NCBI GenBank assembly: GCA_951406725.2
Contig: OX597821.1
Coordinates: 85,498,001-85,562,000 of the forward strand
Reading direction: 5' to 3'
Length of the DNA stretch: 64,000 nt
Origin: Octopus vulgaris
Taxonomy: Eukaryota
Each line of letters begins with the position of its first letter. Within the stretch, counting starts at the first letter, position 1. The notes beneath the pieces are model-generated. The model was not told the DNA's origin and made no database searches. It worked only from the letters and a program-made list of their open reading frames with translations. Made by a program: the position numbers and the translations under genes. Below, one piece after another: positions 26,576 through 39,985 of the stretch.

Positions 26576-27343
26576 AAGCTGAAGAGCTGTACCAAGTTCT
26601 AGTCTGATTTCGTATAGTTTCTATAGTTGGATGCCCTTCCTAACACTAACAACTGCATGAGTGTAGTGGGTACTTTCTACGTGCCACAGGCACTATTCCT
26701 CTAACCCATGCTAGCATAGAAAAACTGAAGTACTGTTTTACTGCAAGATGCTAAACTTTATCGATTCTTCATGTGCAAGATACCTTATTCCACATGCCTC
26801 CAAAGGCACAAAGCTAGTAGAGGATCAGTTGACAGGGGTAATGATAGCAATGTCACTGCCCATAGTTGAGTGATTTTCAGAGAAGTGCAAAAGCAGATGC
26901 CTCTTGTATGTATACATATATGCAAATGCACATGCATATATACCAGTGAAAATTGGTACATCAGGTTGTGGTTCTTTATGTCAAAAAAGGTGAAACCAAG
27001 GCACTTGAGAGAGATTGATGAAATAAATGTTAAACTAAAATAACCAAACTAAATATTGCATGCACCATCATGAACTAAGAGAGAAGAAAAACAAAACAAA
27101 ACACAAAAAAAAAAACTTGAAGATGGCACTAATAAACGATTACAAATAAATGTGTTTATTCATATGTAAAGTAAACAAGTTTACATTTCTGTACTATGGT
27201 TTCATTCAATGAGCTTTTTGGTTCGTGAATTGAGAAGGAATGACTAGCAATAACTAAATTGTGTGCAATGCATTAAGTGATTGTGTAGTTGTATAAGTCA
27301 TCTGTATTGATTGCTGTCATTGTATCAGAAAGTAACCAAATTA

Positions 27344-27490
27344 TATATTAAATAAACTTTTACAAAAAGGAGAGCTGAAAGCGACTTTGATGTTTCAGCC
27401 TGTCAACCTTTGTCAGACTGATGAAGGCTAACAGGCAGAACTTCGAAGTCACTGTCACCCTGTGAATTGTGAAAGTTTAATAAACATATG
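27344..27490. repeat. Imperfect palindrome containing two back-to-back degenerate hammerhead-like cores
   Basis: Right arm CTGATGAAGGCTAACAGGCAGAACTTCGAAGTC versus reverse complement of the left arm CTGACAAAGGTTGACAGGCTGAAACATCAAAGTC; centre 27417. Confidence 0.7.
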
Positions 27491-27551
27491 CTTTACTTAA
27501 AAAGTATTGAGTATTTCTGCAATTTAATGTTATATGGCTTTTGTATATAAC

Positions 27552-27726
27552 TATAGGTGCAGGAGTGGCTGTGTGGTAAGTAGCTTGTTTACCAACCACA
27601 TGGTTCCGGGGTTCAGTCCTACTGTGTGGCACCTTGGGCAAGTGTCTTCTACTATAGCCTCGGGCCGACCAAAGCCTTGTGAGTGGATTTGGTAGACGGA
27701 AACTGAAAGAAGCCCATCATATATAA

Positions 27727-27792
<66 letters not shown>

Positions 27793-27983
27793 TCGTCCCC
27801 CTAGCATTGCTTGACAACCGATGCTGGTGTGTTTATGTCCCCGTTACTTAGCGGTTCGGCAAAAGAGACCGATAGAATATGTACTGGGCTTACAAAGAAT
27901 AAGTCCCGGGGTCGATTTGCTCGACTAAAGGTGGTGCTCCAGCATGGCCGCAGTCAAATGACTGAAACGGGTAAAGGAGTAAA
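27552..27983 (+). mobile_element. Young full-length tRNA-derived SINE family A
   Basis: A box TGGCTGTGTGG, B box GGTTCAGTCC, core ACCTTGGGCAAGT, internal (TA)n(TG)n; CpGs retained. Confidence 0.92.
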
Positions 27984-28027
27984 GGGGGAACTAGACAAAA
28001 ACAAAAGACAATTATATACATATATAC

Positions 28028-28083
<56 letters not shown>

Positions 28084-29664
28084 TAACTGTCAGATAGATA
28101 GACAAAAGAGAGAGATACACACAAATACATATTTTGTTCATTTTTTACATCCATTCTTCTATGCTACCATGGGCTACATATTATACACACGTGTATGTGT
28201 TATATATATTTTACTCATTCACAGATGTGTGTGTTTGTGAGATGTGCAATAATTCAATAATTTACTTGAGTACATAGAGGACTGTAGCAGACTAGTATGT
28301 GGTATCTATTTATAGGAAAAAGAGACTTTTAAGAGAAATTGTTTCATGAACAAAAATTAGGGTGGAGGTGGGGGGAAAGAATCTTCATGTAGAACTATCC
28401 AACCCATATTAGTATGGAGAAGTGAATGTAAAATAAATGAAGATAATGATGATAATAATAAGGGGTCAGGAGAAAATAAAATAGAAACTCTGTCTCTGAA
28501 AGATGAAATTTAAAACCAGAAATATTAAAGAAGCATTTTAAAATAATTAAAATTAATAAGAAATAAACAAAGCATTAAGTTGTCTAATTTTTATATCCCT
28601 ACTAATTTACACATGTACATACTCTTAAACTGATAATAGCGCCGTCTCTTCAACTTGAACCCACTGGTTCTTTTGTTCTAATATTGTGATGCTTTCTCAC
28701 ACATTAACCTTTAAAATATACTTGCTCTATATTAAACTACTCTTCCAGTTCTTTGAACATGACTCTAATAGTGCAACATACTTCGTGAAAGACACCAATT
28801 TAGCAAATCTGTGTCCTTAAACTGTTTCTCTCAAACCACCACTATTACCATCATCATCATCTTCAACAACATCATCATCAATACCATTAAACTGTTAAAT
28901 TAGTCATCTAGTTCATGAAAACAAAACTGTAAATGAAGTTCTCACAAACAATAAGCTTGGTCTTTTTGGGGCACAGAAAATAATTTGTTTGACCAAGTAG
29001 CTTTTAGTTATGTATATATGACTTTCAATTAGCAATAACCACACCTCCCATAACTCATATTGGCTATGGTACCACCACTGAACAAAAGAGGTTTGACAAA
29101 CTACGTACAATATTAAAGAAGCCAATTGTTCGAGAAATTATGTGGTTAGAAACAACATATTGACTAGTTCAGCAGGACATTATGATGGAAAAAAATTAAC
29201 AAACAAGGAAAAAGAAATGAGAAAGTGTGGTCTGTATGCCTTTCTCAATGGTAAGTAGTTCTAAATGGAAATCCAAATTATGTAGGAGAGATTTGGTTTG
29301 CTGACAAATTATTGCCACCAAAATAGCTTCTAGAATGAACAAATAAATTAATAACTCATAAGAAATAGTGAAAATATCAGTTCCTATCAGGTTTATGAAG
29401 TCAAGGTACATTGAATATGTAGGAAGGACAATATTTCAATACAACTGTTTACCCTCCTTGTAAAGTGTGATTAACAGGGACAAATTCCCAACCATCACCA
29501 ATACATCTACCAAAAATGTTGCCAGGAAGATTTGAAACTATTCAGAACATTTGAACCAAACATTAATGTGCTGGAATAATATTACAGGCTTCTCAACAGA
29601 GATGAACTGTCCAATTATCATTAAAAAAAAACCCATTGATACTAAATGGGAAAAATATGATTAA

Positions 29665-30040
29665 TCATCACCATCATCATTTAGCATCCATTGTCCATGC
29701 TGGCATGGGTTGGACGATTTAACCAGGGCTGGTAAGCTGGAAGGCTGCACCAAACTCCAGTCTGATTTGGCATGGTTTCTATAGCTGGATGCCCTTCCTA
29801 ATGCCAGCTATTCTGAAAGTATAATGGGTGCTTTTATGTGCCACCGGCATGGGTGCAATTTGCATGACACCAGTATCTGTCACGACTGCAATTTTATTTG
29901 GCTTGATGGGTCTTCTCAAGCATGAAATAATGCCAAAGATCTCAGTCATTTGCCATTGCTTCTGTGAGGCCCAACACTCGAAAGGTGCTTTTCCTGTGCC
30001 ACTGGCGTTGGCCACCTTATCTCCGTGAGGCCCAATGCTC
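29665..30040 (-). mobile_element. SINE family C
   Basis: Reverse complement of 4420-4722. Confidence 0.85.
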
Positions 30041-32749
30041 AAAATATGACTAATCTAAAATGATAAAAACTAGTTAAAGTAATTAAGTAAATACAATGAC
30101 TATTTCTCTACCACTGCAGTATGCATTGGTTAGTTTGGTGGGTTTGTACATCAAAATATCACAGCAGATTGCTCCTTCTGATGAGCTGGATAGGGAATTT
30201 TATTTAGTGCACTGTCAGACCCTGTATTTCCAGAGAGAAAGTTTGGTCTTGGTCAATGAGGTACTTACAACAATGGCTGTTGCTGTCAAAACTATGGAAT
30301 AAAACAACTTATGACAATAACAATTATAGTAATTCTCTCAAAATTTAGCACAAAGCCAGCAATTCTGAGAGGATGGTTAAGTTAATTACATCAATCACAG
30401 TACTCAACTTTATTGATCAAAGTAAAGTTGACCTCAGCATGATTTGAACTAAGAATGTAAAGAAGGGAAGAAATGCTATTAGGATTTTCTCTAATAGTGA
30501 TTCTGTCCATTTGCTGCCCTAACAATAATAATAATAATAATTCTATCTATTATAGATACAAGGTTTGAAATAAGTACCAGCACTCAGCTGGTACTTGCTT
30601 GAGCACAACAAACTGGACTTAGTGGCAATGGACAATGTAGATCACAAGTGCTCTATAACTGATGTTGCAAACCTATTTGACCTATGGATAGTTGAAGGAA
30701 GGTGAGAAAGTAGATGTATACATCATCATCATTTAACAACAGTTTTCCATACTGGCATGGGTTGGATGGTTTGACAGGATCTGGCAAACTGGAGAGCTGC
30801 ACCTGGCTCTAATTGTTTGTTTTGGTATAGTTTCTATAGCTGGATGACTTTCTGACTGTGGAGGATGGAAAAGGTGAAGATAGTGCTGATTGTTGTTGGG
30901 GACAATATCAACAGATATTGAGAGGAACATAAAGGAAATGGGAATAGAATGCCCAATAGGGCAGTGGTTAAAAGTTTGTCTCCTAAGCCTGATGATTCCA
31001 TGGCCAGAATCATCAGGAAAGTATCTGATAATTGAAGAGAACAAATAGCATGGTGCCGTAGACTGCAGGTAGCAAGCCAGCTACTTATGCAAGATTCCAG
31101 GCGTTCCAACAAAACCCAAGTTAAAAGAATGATGATGATAACTTTTTAGAGATAAGACAAATAATGGTGAATTAAAAGATATACCAAATAATTTGCTGGC
31201 AAGCTAGCTTCATAAAGCTACTGTTTGATTTGTGAACTTGTAACACTAGGTGAAACCAAGCAGTCTTAACCTTGTGTAGTTGTAAATCAAAAATGTGACA
31301 TATACAAAAAGATAAAAACAAAACTGCACCAAATGACATGGAGTGATTCACAAACAATTGTTTTTTTTTTTTTTTCTACAACACACAGTGACAGGCAAAT
31401 AATCTATTGATTATTTTAAGTGGTACACATCAGTATTTTATTATTTACATATTATAAATGGAATAAATAGTTAACTAATAGATAAAGTGATATGATAAAT
31501 CATCTTTTATAAACTTACTCTCCATTTAGTCTTGGAAATATCTAATTGAGTGGTAATCTATATTTATTAATGTCACCAGTTAAATAGAAAACTCAAATAC
31601 AAATTCATAATAGTCACAGTGGGGTAAGTGGAGGGGGGGCATTTGGGAGAATAAATTAATATCCAAGAATGAAAAACTAAAACATACACAACTTGTAGTT
31701 AAGAAGTTAACCATACAACCTTGTGGTTTTACAATCCCCCCCCCCCACTGAACAGCACATTGGGTGTCTTTTACTATCAATAACATGGAAATAGAATTTG
31801 ATAGCCAGAAACTGTGCTGAAGTCCAACATATGTGTGTCCATATTTCTGTTTACATGACTCACATACCACCACCAATACTTAAAAATAACCAGTGTGGTA
31901 TCAAATCGGTACCTTAGCCAATTGATAAAATAAAGATCACCATAATAAGTAGTGGAGATAAAATTGACTAAATCTGCTAAAGGTGTTTCCTGGCACAATA
32001 ACAGTCAAAATTAGTGAAACCAGTGAGAGAATAAGAATACAGGAAATCATTTGGAAAGAATGAAAAAGAATAAAAATACAGAAAGCAGCAAACATTCAAT
32101 GAGTCTAATGAAAGACAATAGCCACCTCACTAAATCGCCTAAGACATTTTAATTGGAATATGAATATGTTATCACAAATATTATTACAACAGTTGGGATC
32201 TGTGCAGTGGGTTGTGTAGACCCAGTCCCAATCTCTCGTTCTTCAAATGTCACAAGCTCAGCAGTTATCAAGATGCAGGATCTGTATGTTACTTTTTCTT
32301 AGATGAGCAGCTAAAGCGCTGAGGGGCCTTACCTACCTTGGGTCTGTTGGGGTGTCTGGGAGAGGTTTTCTTGCAGAGGTAATTCCACAACATGCTAATT
32401 AACCTATAGCTAAAACCTTGGCAGATGCTACAACTCTGGGTTAGACTAGACTTGATTGTACAATTTTGTATTTATCTTTTCACAACTATATTTCTAATGA
32501 GAAAACTGCCTATAAACTTCAGCTAATCAACTATTATAGAAAGGTGGTTCCTATATAGAATGAGTCAGAATAAGCCAAGTCATGTCAGCTGGTCAGCTAA
32601 ATGTCATCAGCCAGTCCTTGGGTACCTTTAATGGAGTCCATTCTGTTACAAGCATTCAATCTGGATATCTAGCCTGAGTAAAACTTTTCTCTTCTCTTCC
32701 AAACAACAAATTTTGGAGAACCTGAAAAAGGGTCATGTGCACCTGCCTC

Positions 32750-33114
32750 CATCATCATCATCATCGTTTAACGTCCGTTTTCCGCGCTAGCACGGGTTGG
32801 ACGGTTCGACCAGGGTCTGGGAAACCAGGGGCTGCACCAGACTCCAGTCTGATCTGGCAGAGTTTCTACAGCTGGATGCCCTTCCTAACGCCAACCACTC
32901 CGCGAGTGTAGTGGGTGCTTTACGTGCCACCTGCACAGGTGCCAGGGGGTCCGGCATCGGCCACGATCGGTTGGAGCTTTTAACGTGCCACCGGCACGGA
33001 AGCCAGCCAAGGCGGCGCTGGCAACGGCCATGTTCGGATGGTGCTTTTTCCGAACGTGGCCATTGCCAGCGCTGCCTTGGCTGGCTTCCGTGCCGGTGGC
33101 ACGTTAAAAGTTCC
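32750..33114 (-). mobile_element. Young SINE family C ending in a fold-back inversion
   Basis: (CAT)n tail and CpG-rich body with internal ~55-bp tandem units; 33049-33114 is the reverse complement of 32973-33038. Confidence 0.9.
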
Positions 33115-33249
33115 CCTCCTCAGATAAACAATAAATAAAAATTACTAGCACACTGCATAACTGATATAACTACAATAATAAAAGTGTATGCCTATGAATT
33201 AATAAAAATTAGGAGAAGGTGTAATATCATCAAATTTGGGTTTTGTAAA

Positions 33250-33565
33250 AATAATTCTTAGATCATTGACTTTGCAATACCATGTGATAATAGTGAAAAT
33301 GGAGAAATATCAAGACCAAACCAGTGAGTTGAAATGATTGCAGAGCTCAAAGGTGACAGCACAACACTTAAAATGCTACCAAAAGGACTGAAGGATACTG
33401 AAATTAAGACATATTGTCAACAGGCAGAAAAGCATCATCCTGTATTCTGCATGAATCATAAGAAAGATTCCTGAGGTTTGAAGAGACTTGTCAACCAAAC
33501 CTCAAGATGATCCTTGCTTATTAAATTACTGTATAATAGCTTTTGCTGAATAATAATAATAACAA
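33250..33565 (+). mobile_element. Decayed 3' end of an RLE-type non-LTR retrotransposon (R4/Dong-like)
   Basis: Fragments IIDFAIPCD, MEKYQD and QKSIILYSA*IIRKI, followed by a (TAA)n tail. Confidence 0.6.
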
Positions 33566-33569
33566 CAAT

Positions 33570-34005
33570 GGTTTCAAATGCAGGCACAAAGCCAGTGATT
33601 TCAGGGGAAGGTGTAAGTTAATTACATTGACCCCAGTGCTCAACTGGTACTTATTTTATCCATCTCAGAAGGATGAAAGGCAAAGTTGACTTCAGCGGAA
33701 TTTGAACTCAGAACGCAAATATGGACAAAATACCACTAAACATTATGCCCGCCATGCTAACGATTCTGCCAACACTTTCTACAATAGGTATAAGACCTGA
33801 AATTTGAGGGGAGGGGGCTACTCAGTTACATAGACCTCAATGTTCAACTGGTACTTATTTTATCAGCCCTGAAAGGATGAAAGGCAAAGTCAACTTTGGC
33901 AGCATTTGAACTCAGAAAGAAACGACAGACGAAATGCCACTAAGCATTTTGTCTGACGAGCTAATGACTCTGCCAGCTCACTGCTTTAATAATAATAATA
34001 ATAAT
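33570..34005 (-). mobile_element. Two tandem SINE family B copies
   Basis: The block caactggtacttattttatc...ggatgaaaggcaaagt...atttgaactcagaa occurs twice. Confidence 0.85.
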
Positions 34006-37000
34006 GAGGAAAAAGAGAAGAATTTTTAAAAATTATACAATGTACAAGAAGATCAATTAATGTACAAGAAAAATAGTATTACAGATTTATTTATAATGTC
34101 CATATAAAGAATGCTAGCAAGAGATACATGTTCTAAAGTTACAAAGTCATATTACAGGCAATCAGTAATTAATGGAGAAAGTCATTCAACTAAAATATTT
34201 ATGGCCAAATTTAAATTGAAGCACTTAAGCATCTACTTGTAATAGTTATTAGTCTCCGTTAGATTTAACTTAAGTTCAATACGCATGCTGGAAAATAGTT
34301 TTGTAATCTTGGAATCAGATAAGAACCAGTTTAACTAAGGCAATATAGAGCACAACTTGATCCTCTGGGATTTATGGCAGTTTAGCAAGTCACCATGATT
34401 GAAGTGTTAAAGCCCGGATAAGGATCTTAATAGAATGAACAAAAGTATATTGTACAGGATAGGTGTTTGTGTCTCAAAAGATTAACACAGATTAACTATC
34501 GGCAGTAAAACAGTAGAAAAAAAAAAGAGAAAAGTATCTAAGGAAAAGGAGGGTTGACATTATCTTTGACAAGTACTCAATTCTAAAAGAGCAATCAGTA
34601 CTATTTTATGCACAAGGTAACCAAGGTACAGCAAACTTTGCACTCAATGGCCTTGCCTAATACAAACAATATCACCTCAATAAACTAAAGATATTTTCCT
34701 TCCAAACGGAGGATTTATGAGCTTGTACGAAAAAGATAAAAAGGAAAGAAATAACAAATAATGACTTGAAATTTTGGCACAAGGTCAGCAATTTTAGGGA
34801 GAGTAGGGTTTGTCAATTACATGACCCCAGTACTTGGCTGATACTGAATGAATGGCAAAATTGGCTTTGATAGTATTTGAACACAGATCATAAAGAGGTT
34901 AGCTGATATCATCTATCTCAGTACTTTACTGGATGGTATTTCATCAACCTAAAAAGGATGAAAGGCAAAGTTGATCTCAGTATGATTTAGACTCAGAAGG
35001 TAGAGAGAACCGGAAAAATTACTGCAAAACATTTTTTCCCTTGATGCTCTACTGATTCTACTAGTTCACTATTTTTAGAGTAATAATGATTTTGCTTTCA
35101 GTAATCAGAAGATCTTCCCATTTTTGGGTCTCCAACAGGCTACATTATCTAATGTGACCTTCCTTTTAAAATGGTAGGATGTGATTTGAGAGAGATTTGG
35201 CTGCTATTTCTAGTAGACCAAGCAACCACAGGTATTAATGTTACTTTAAGAGCAATGGAAATATATATCACCAAAGACGGAAAGCCAAAGAGAAGAAAAT
35301 AGCCTGCAAATTTGGTACAGGAGTTCCACAAAGGCCTATTGATTAGAAATCACAGACATGGTCAGAAAGAATCCCGTGATATCAAATTGATATTATCAGA
35401 ACAAGTGTGGTCATTGGCAGTTTAGTATTGAAAGAATGACATGAAAACTGATGTATCTTGAAGGAAGTCAACAGAGAAATGATTCCCTTCTAAGTCTTGA
35501 TAATCAACTGATTAGCATTCATTAATGCTGGTTCATGTGTGTACGGGGGAGGGGGGTATACAAAACGTAAGCACTATAATAATTAACAATTAACCAAAAC
35601 ACTGTTCCATAATAATAATGTTCTTTTTCCTTTCTGTCTTAAATAACCAAAGTTCAAGATATTTAATTTTCACAAACCCATGTTTGTTGAAGTACTTTTA
35701 TACATAACTGTATTTTCATTAGTCAATTTGATAACACATATTTTCAAATATTATGTATACTGTATTTTATGTTATATAACTTTCATTCCCCACCACAAAC
35801 AAAAAAAAGAAAGAAAACCGCCCTGGGTTGTATATGCAAAGTTAGGCCTATATTATATGCTTTAATGCACAAAAGATTTTTCTTTCTTAATGGGCTTGCT
35901 GAAATTGGGGTGTGTTTAATATGCCCGTGCATCTTTTATGCCATCAAATATAGTAAATACTTTTTATACAAAATGCAAATAAAATGCTTGAGTATTATGT
36001 TAACTCCGTAGTTTTTCAAAATAGTCAGTCATCTAAAAGTTATTTCAGAGAATGTCTTTCAAGGTAGTGAAAAGAATATTTCATAGATGTGCACACATAA
36101 AAAACTAGTCACTTATATATGTGTGCTTGTGTGCGTGCGTTTATATATACGTCTGTATAAGCTTACAAAAAAGAAAAAAAAAAGTATCAACAAAGACTAT
36201 ATTTTATACACCTGAATTATATAGAAGTGAATAAATCAGCATTATGAAACTGCAAAATACCACAATAATTATGATACAAATCTGAAACAACTCTTAAATG
36301 GCCTTATTCTCAACAATTCCTCCTTTTCACCTGCTTGCCGAGGTTTCTTTAAGAATAACTCAACTCTAACAAGATTTATAGAGTTTTAAATACGAGTCAA
36401 ATTTGAGAAATTATATGGGTATTTACCCAAAATGAAAATAAGTAAGTATAAAAGATTACATTAATGAAGTAAAAAGGTAGAAACAGGAGTGGTATTGTGT
36501 AGCAAGAATATTCGTAAAATGTGGAACAGGCACATTTAACACTTCATTTATACAAGGCTACTTTAAGTTTATATACATATAGTTAATAGGTGTTAAATGG
36601 TATATTTTAAAGCTATTTTATTTAGTTTGAACAACAAAGTTACAGATAACTGTATCAGTGAAAGGGGTATGCAAGTTGTTGAGCAGAAAACATGATCAAA
36701 GATCAGTCTTGAATTTTTTTTTTTTTTAGGTAGTGTATCAATAAATACATCACCCTCCCATTTTTAAAGACAGTAGCATACTTTTCGAGGAAGATTTAAC
36801 TGCTATTACCAGCAAGTTGAACAATCATATGAAAGCTCTCTCTTTGGCTTAAGGGTATACAAGTAGCTTATAATACACTACCTTCAGGTTACTGATTTCT
36901 AGATATATAACAGTAGCTTTGAATTCAAATCCAGATGAGGTGATAAAATTAGTGCTCAGTAATATACTAATCGACTGCATTTTTCTCACTAAAGAAATTG

Positions 37001-37301
37001 GCAATCTGCCATACTGAAAGAAATCAATATTATATTTATATGTGAGACCAACAGTTAAAAGAATGTATAGATAAACATTATATTAGCGCATTTGATATTT
37101 ATTACACCTGTGATGCAATACAGAGCTTTAAACTAACTTTTATTACTACTATACAAAACAAGGTTTACCATGACAAAAGTATCAAAGCAACTCATTACCA
37201 AAATGAATAGCTAACAACAATATATCATCAGGAATGAAAGGTGAAGTCAGCTTTGGCAGTATTTGAGTACATTTGTAAATATGTGCTTATAATATTTTAA
37301 A

Positions 37302-37820
37302 GTTAGTTAGTTAGTTAGTTAGTTAATTTGGCTCAAAAGCAAATAGCAAGGCCATGTAGGGGGACATGGAGTTAAGTACAGGGTGGTGTTCATGTAAAGA
37401 GTTCAGGCCACTTGAGGTCAAGGGAGGCTTTGAACAAAGCGGTCGTCGGCATCTTCACCATCTCGTCTGGCAGCTTATTCCACGGATCCGCAACCCGGAC
37501 GGAGAAAGCTCCTCTCCTTCGATTGAGATGAAATCGTCGCAGGTAGAGCTTTTCGGAATGACCCCGCAGCCGACGCTCTGGAGCAGGAGTGAAGAACAGC
37601 TCTTTCGAGAGGTTACACTTTCCGCTTATGATGTTGTGGGCGAGAATGAGATCACCACGGCGGCGGCGTTTTCAAGAGAATAAAGGTCGAGCGTCCGCAG
37701 CCTTTCTTTGTAGGACAAATTTTTGAGACCATGAACCATGCGGGTAGCCAGCTTCTGGACTCTTTCGAGATGCTGTATGTCTTTGAGGAGATAAGGAGAA
37801 GAGGCTTGAATCCCGTAAAC
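37302..37820 (-). mobile_element. 5'-truncated CR1-group LINE (ORF2 C-terminus, 3' UTR and (TAAC)n tail)
   Basis: Minus strand reads YGIQASSPYLLKDIQHLERVQKLATRMVHGLKNLSYKERLRTLDLYSLE/RRRRGDLILAHNII...RGHSEKL...FSVRVADPWNKLP...FKASLD. There is one frameshift near 37670, a stop at 37390-37392, and (GTTA)n at 37302-37325. Confidence 0.92.
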
Positions 37821-38140
37821 TTGAATGCGTAGAATTCTGTAAACTGAGATTTTCTTTTTAAACCAAAACCACTCAGTGTTTTCCTCTTCACTATCGTTTT
37901 AAAGCCTACTTCTCCAAGGTTGCATGGGTCAGACAGAATTAGTTGAGGCAGATTTTCTATAGCTGAATGCCCTTCCTGTTGACAACCATAACCTGTTTCC
38001 AAGTAAGGTAACATTTTCTCATGACCAGATATGTGCGCATTTAAGATTGGAAATGAAGAAACAATGCTTTTGTGATCACACAATGTCAAGGGAAAAGGAA
38101 ACATGCACACACACACAATATATATATATATATATATATA

Positions 38141-39602
38141 CTAGCATTATGACCCGTCGTTGCCGGGTCATAGTGCTAGTGCATGTATATATGTGTATAT
38201 ATATGTGTACATATTACATGTACATCTATATATATACATCTACACATAAAATGCAAAATACAAAGTTAAATCTTGATATCGCTAGTGATAACAATACTCA
38301 AAATATATAACAGACTGGAATTGTAGGTCCGTCTCTTGCAATTTCGATCAAATGAATCTTGTCCTCCCTCTTGTATAGAAGTGTGGCTACAATCCAGCCT
38401 ACCTCTACTTCTGGGGGGACATTTTAAATTTTTATCTGGGACGTCCTACGTCCCAGATATAAAGGTGAAAATAAAATATTTCCACTTTGCAAGGTTCGAG
38501 TAGAGTATTCCCTTGCATGCTCCGTTGACTCGAACCTTGCTTCTATTGTGGCGAATTTACTGCCTCTAGTTAGATATCTTTCATAGTCGCACCAAGACAC
38601 TTTTCGATGGTGCTTTCCTCCAGGTGTTCAAATCTTTTTTTTTCTCTATATTGTATACCTTATAGACAATAGTCTTTTCTCTAATTTAATTTTTTATTTT
38701 GTTTGGTGGTGTTATCCTAGATTCACCATCTTTGTCGGTGATCAATCTGAAATAGGTTTGTATTTCTTCCATTTTAATTTTAATGAGTTTGCGCCCGCTG
38801 ACGGCTGCAGCGAAATTCATTTTTGGACTTTCTTCTATCGAAGGCATTCTAACAAAAATGCTTCCGTGTAAACAGTGAAAATATTGTCAATTTCCCCAAA
38901 CAGGAACACAATTCAATTTTTAAACAATAACCAAAGCTCCTTCTCCCAAAAGGGGAGGGTTACAGTTTACAATTATTTAACAAATGCAACACAACAATGT
39001 TTCCCTTACAAGGAACCAACAAACGTGATAACAATAGTTAAACAGTAATAATAATAACAAACCTTACGGTGAATCAAAAAGCAGTACACAGTTGAAGCTA
39101 TAGTCCTTTATGTATAATAGTCCATCTGGACTATTCCATTTCTGCATGCTAATTTTATTTTTAATTTATTCCCATTCATGTGAAACCACTTATTCAAGTT
39201 CAAGTCATTGATGCAATTTTATACCAACTGCTATTTTTACTTTTGTTATGTTACGATTATATTATACTTTAGTTTGATTTTAATTATTACTTACTACATA
39301 TAATTCAATTGTTATTATTATCTCTAATTTTTATTGTTAAAATGAAAGTATCTGACATAAAATAGAGAAATGTTTTTGTTTCACTTTTAACACATAATAC
39401 TGAAATAGTGGAGAAGATATGATATTGTTATGAGCTCGCCCTAGGCAAGAAGTTGAACATTTTTTTGCCCATGACACTCCCTGGACCCTAAGTAAGGCAT
39501 GTGTAAAATTTGAATGAAATTGGTTGTGTAGTTCTCAAGTTTTAGGGAAACACACAGACAGACAGACACACACACACATTCTCAGTTTTATATATATAGA
39601 GA
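38141..39602 (-). mobile_element. Complete non-autonomous Helitron
   Basis: Minus strand begins A|TCTCTATATATATAAAA followed by (TG)n/(TCTG)n. It ends with hairpin GACCCG-GCAACGA-CGGGTC and then CTAG|T, with no TSD. Confidence 0.88.
38310..38848 (-). pseudogene. Disrupted ORF inside the Helitron, resembling non-LTR retrotransposon ORF1
   Basis: MPSIEESPKMNFAAAVSGRK...TRGSKFATIEARFESTEHAREYSTRTLQSGNILFSPLYLGRRTSQIKI*NVPPEVEVGWIVATLL, with stops and frameshifts. The pattern resembles the RRM-like region of L1/Tx1-type ORF1. Confidence 0.55.
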
Positions 39603-39615
39603 TATATATATATAT

Positions 39616-39985
39616 CATCATCGTTTAATGTCTGTTTTCCATTCTAGCATAGGTTGGACGGTTCAACCAGGGTCTGAGAAGCCAGGAGGCTGCACCAGGC
39701 TCCAGTCTGATCTGGCAGTGTTTCTACAGCTGGATGCTCTTCCTAACGCCAACTGCTCCGTGAGTGTAGTAGGTGCTTTTTACGTGCCACCAGCACAGGT
39801 GCCAGGCGAGGCTGGCAACGGCCACGATCGGTTGGTGCTTATATATATACATATACACACACAGATAGATAAACACAAAGGGCTTTTGCAGTTTCTGTCC
39901 ACCAAATCCCCTTGCAACACTTGTCATAGGCAAGATGCCATGTCATTGGGAAGTAAACTTCTGACCACATAGACACACCTGCACC
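39616..39985 (-). mobile_element. SINE family C copy followed by a degenerate family-A head
   Basis: 39616-39840 matches 50978-51253; 39875-39985 is a head remnant. Confidence 0.8.

Noticed and set aside
27552-27630. tRNA-like A/B boxes, also at 62150-62225 and in other copies
   Set aside because: These are SINE heads that continue into repeat bodies, not tRNA genes.
37366-37683. 105-aa plus-strand ORF
   Set aside because: Antisense to the CR1-group LINE ORF2 fragment.
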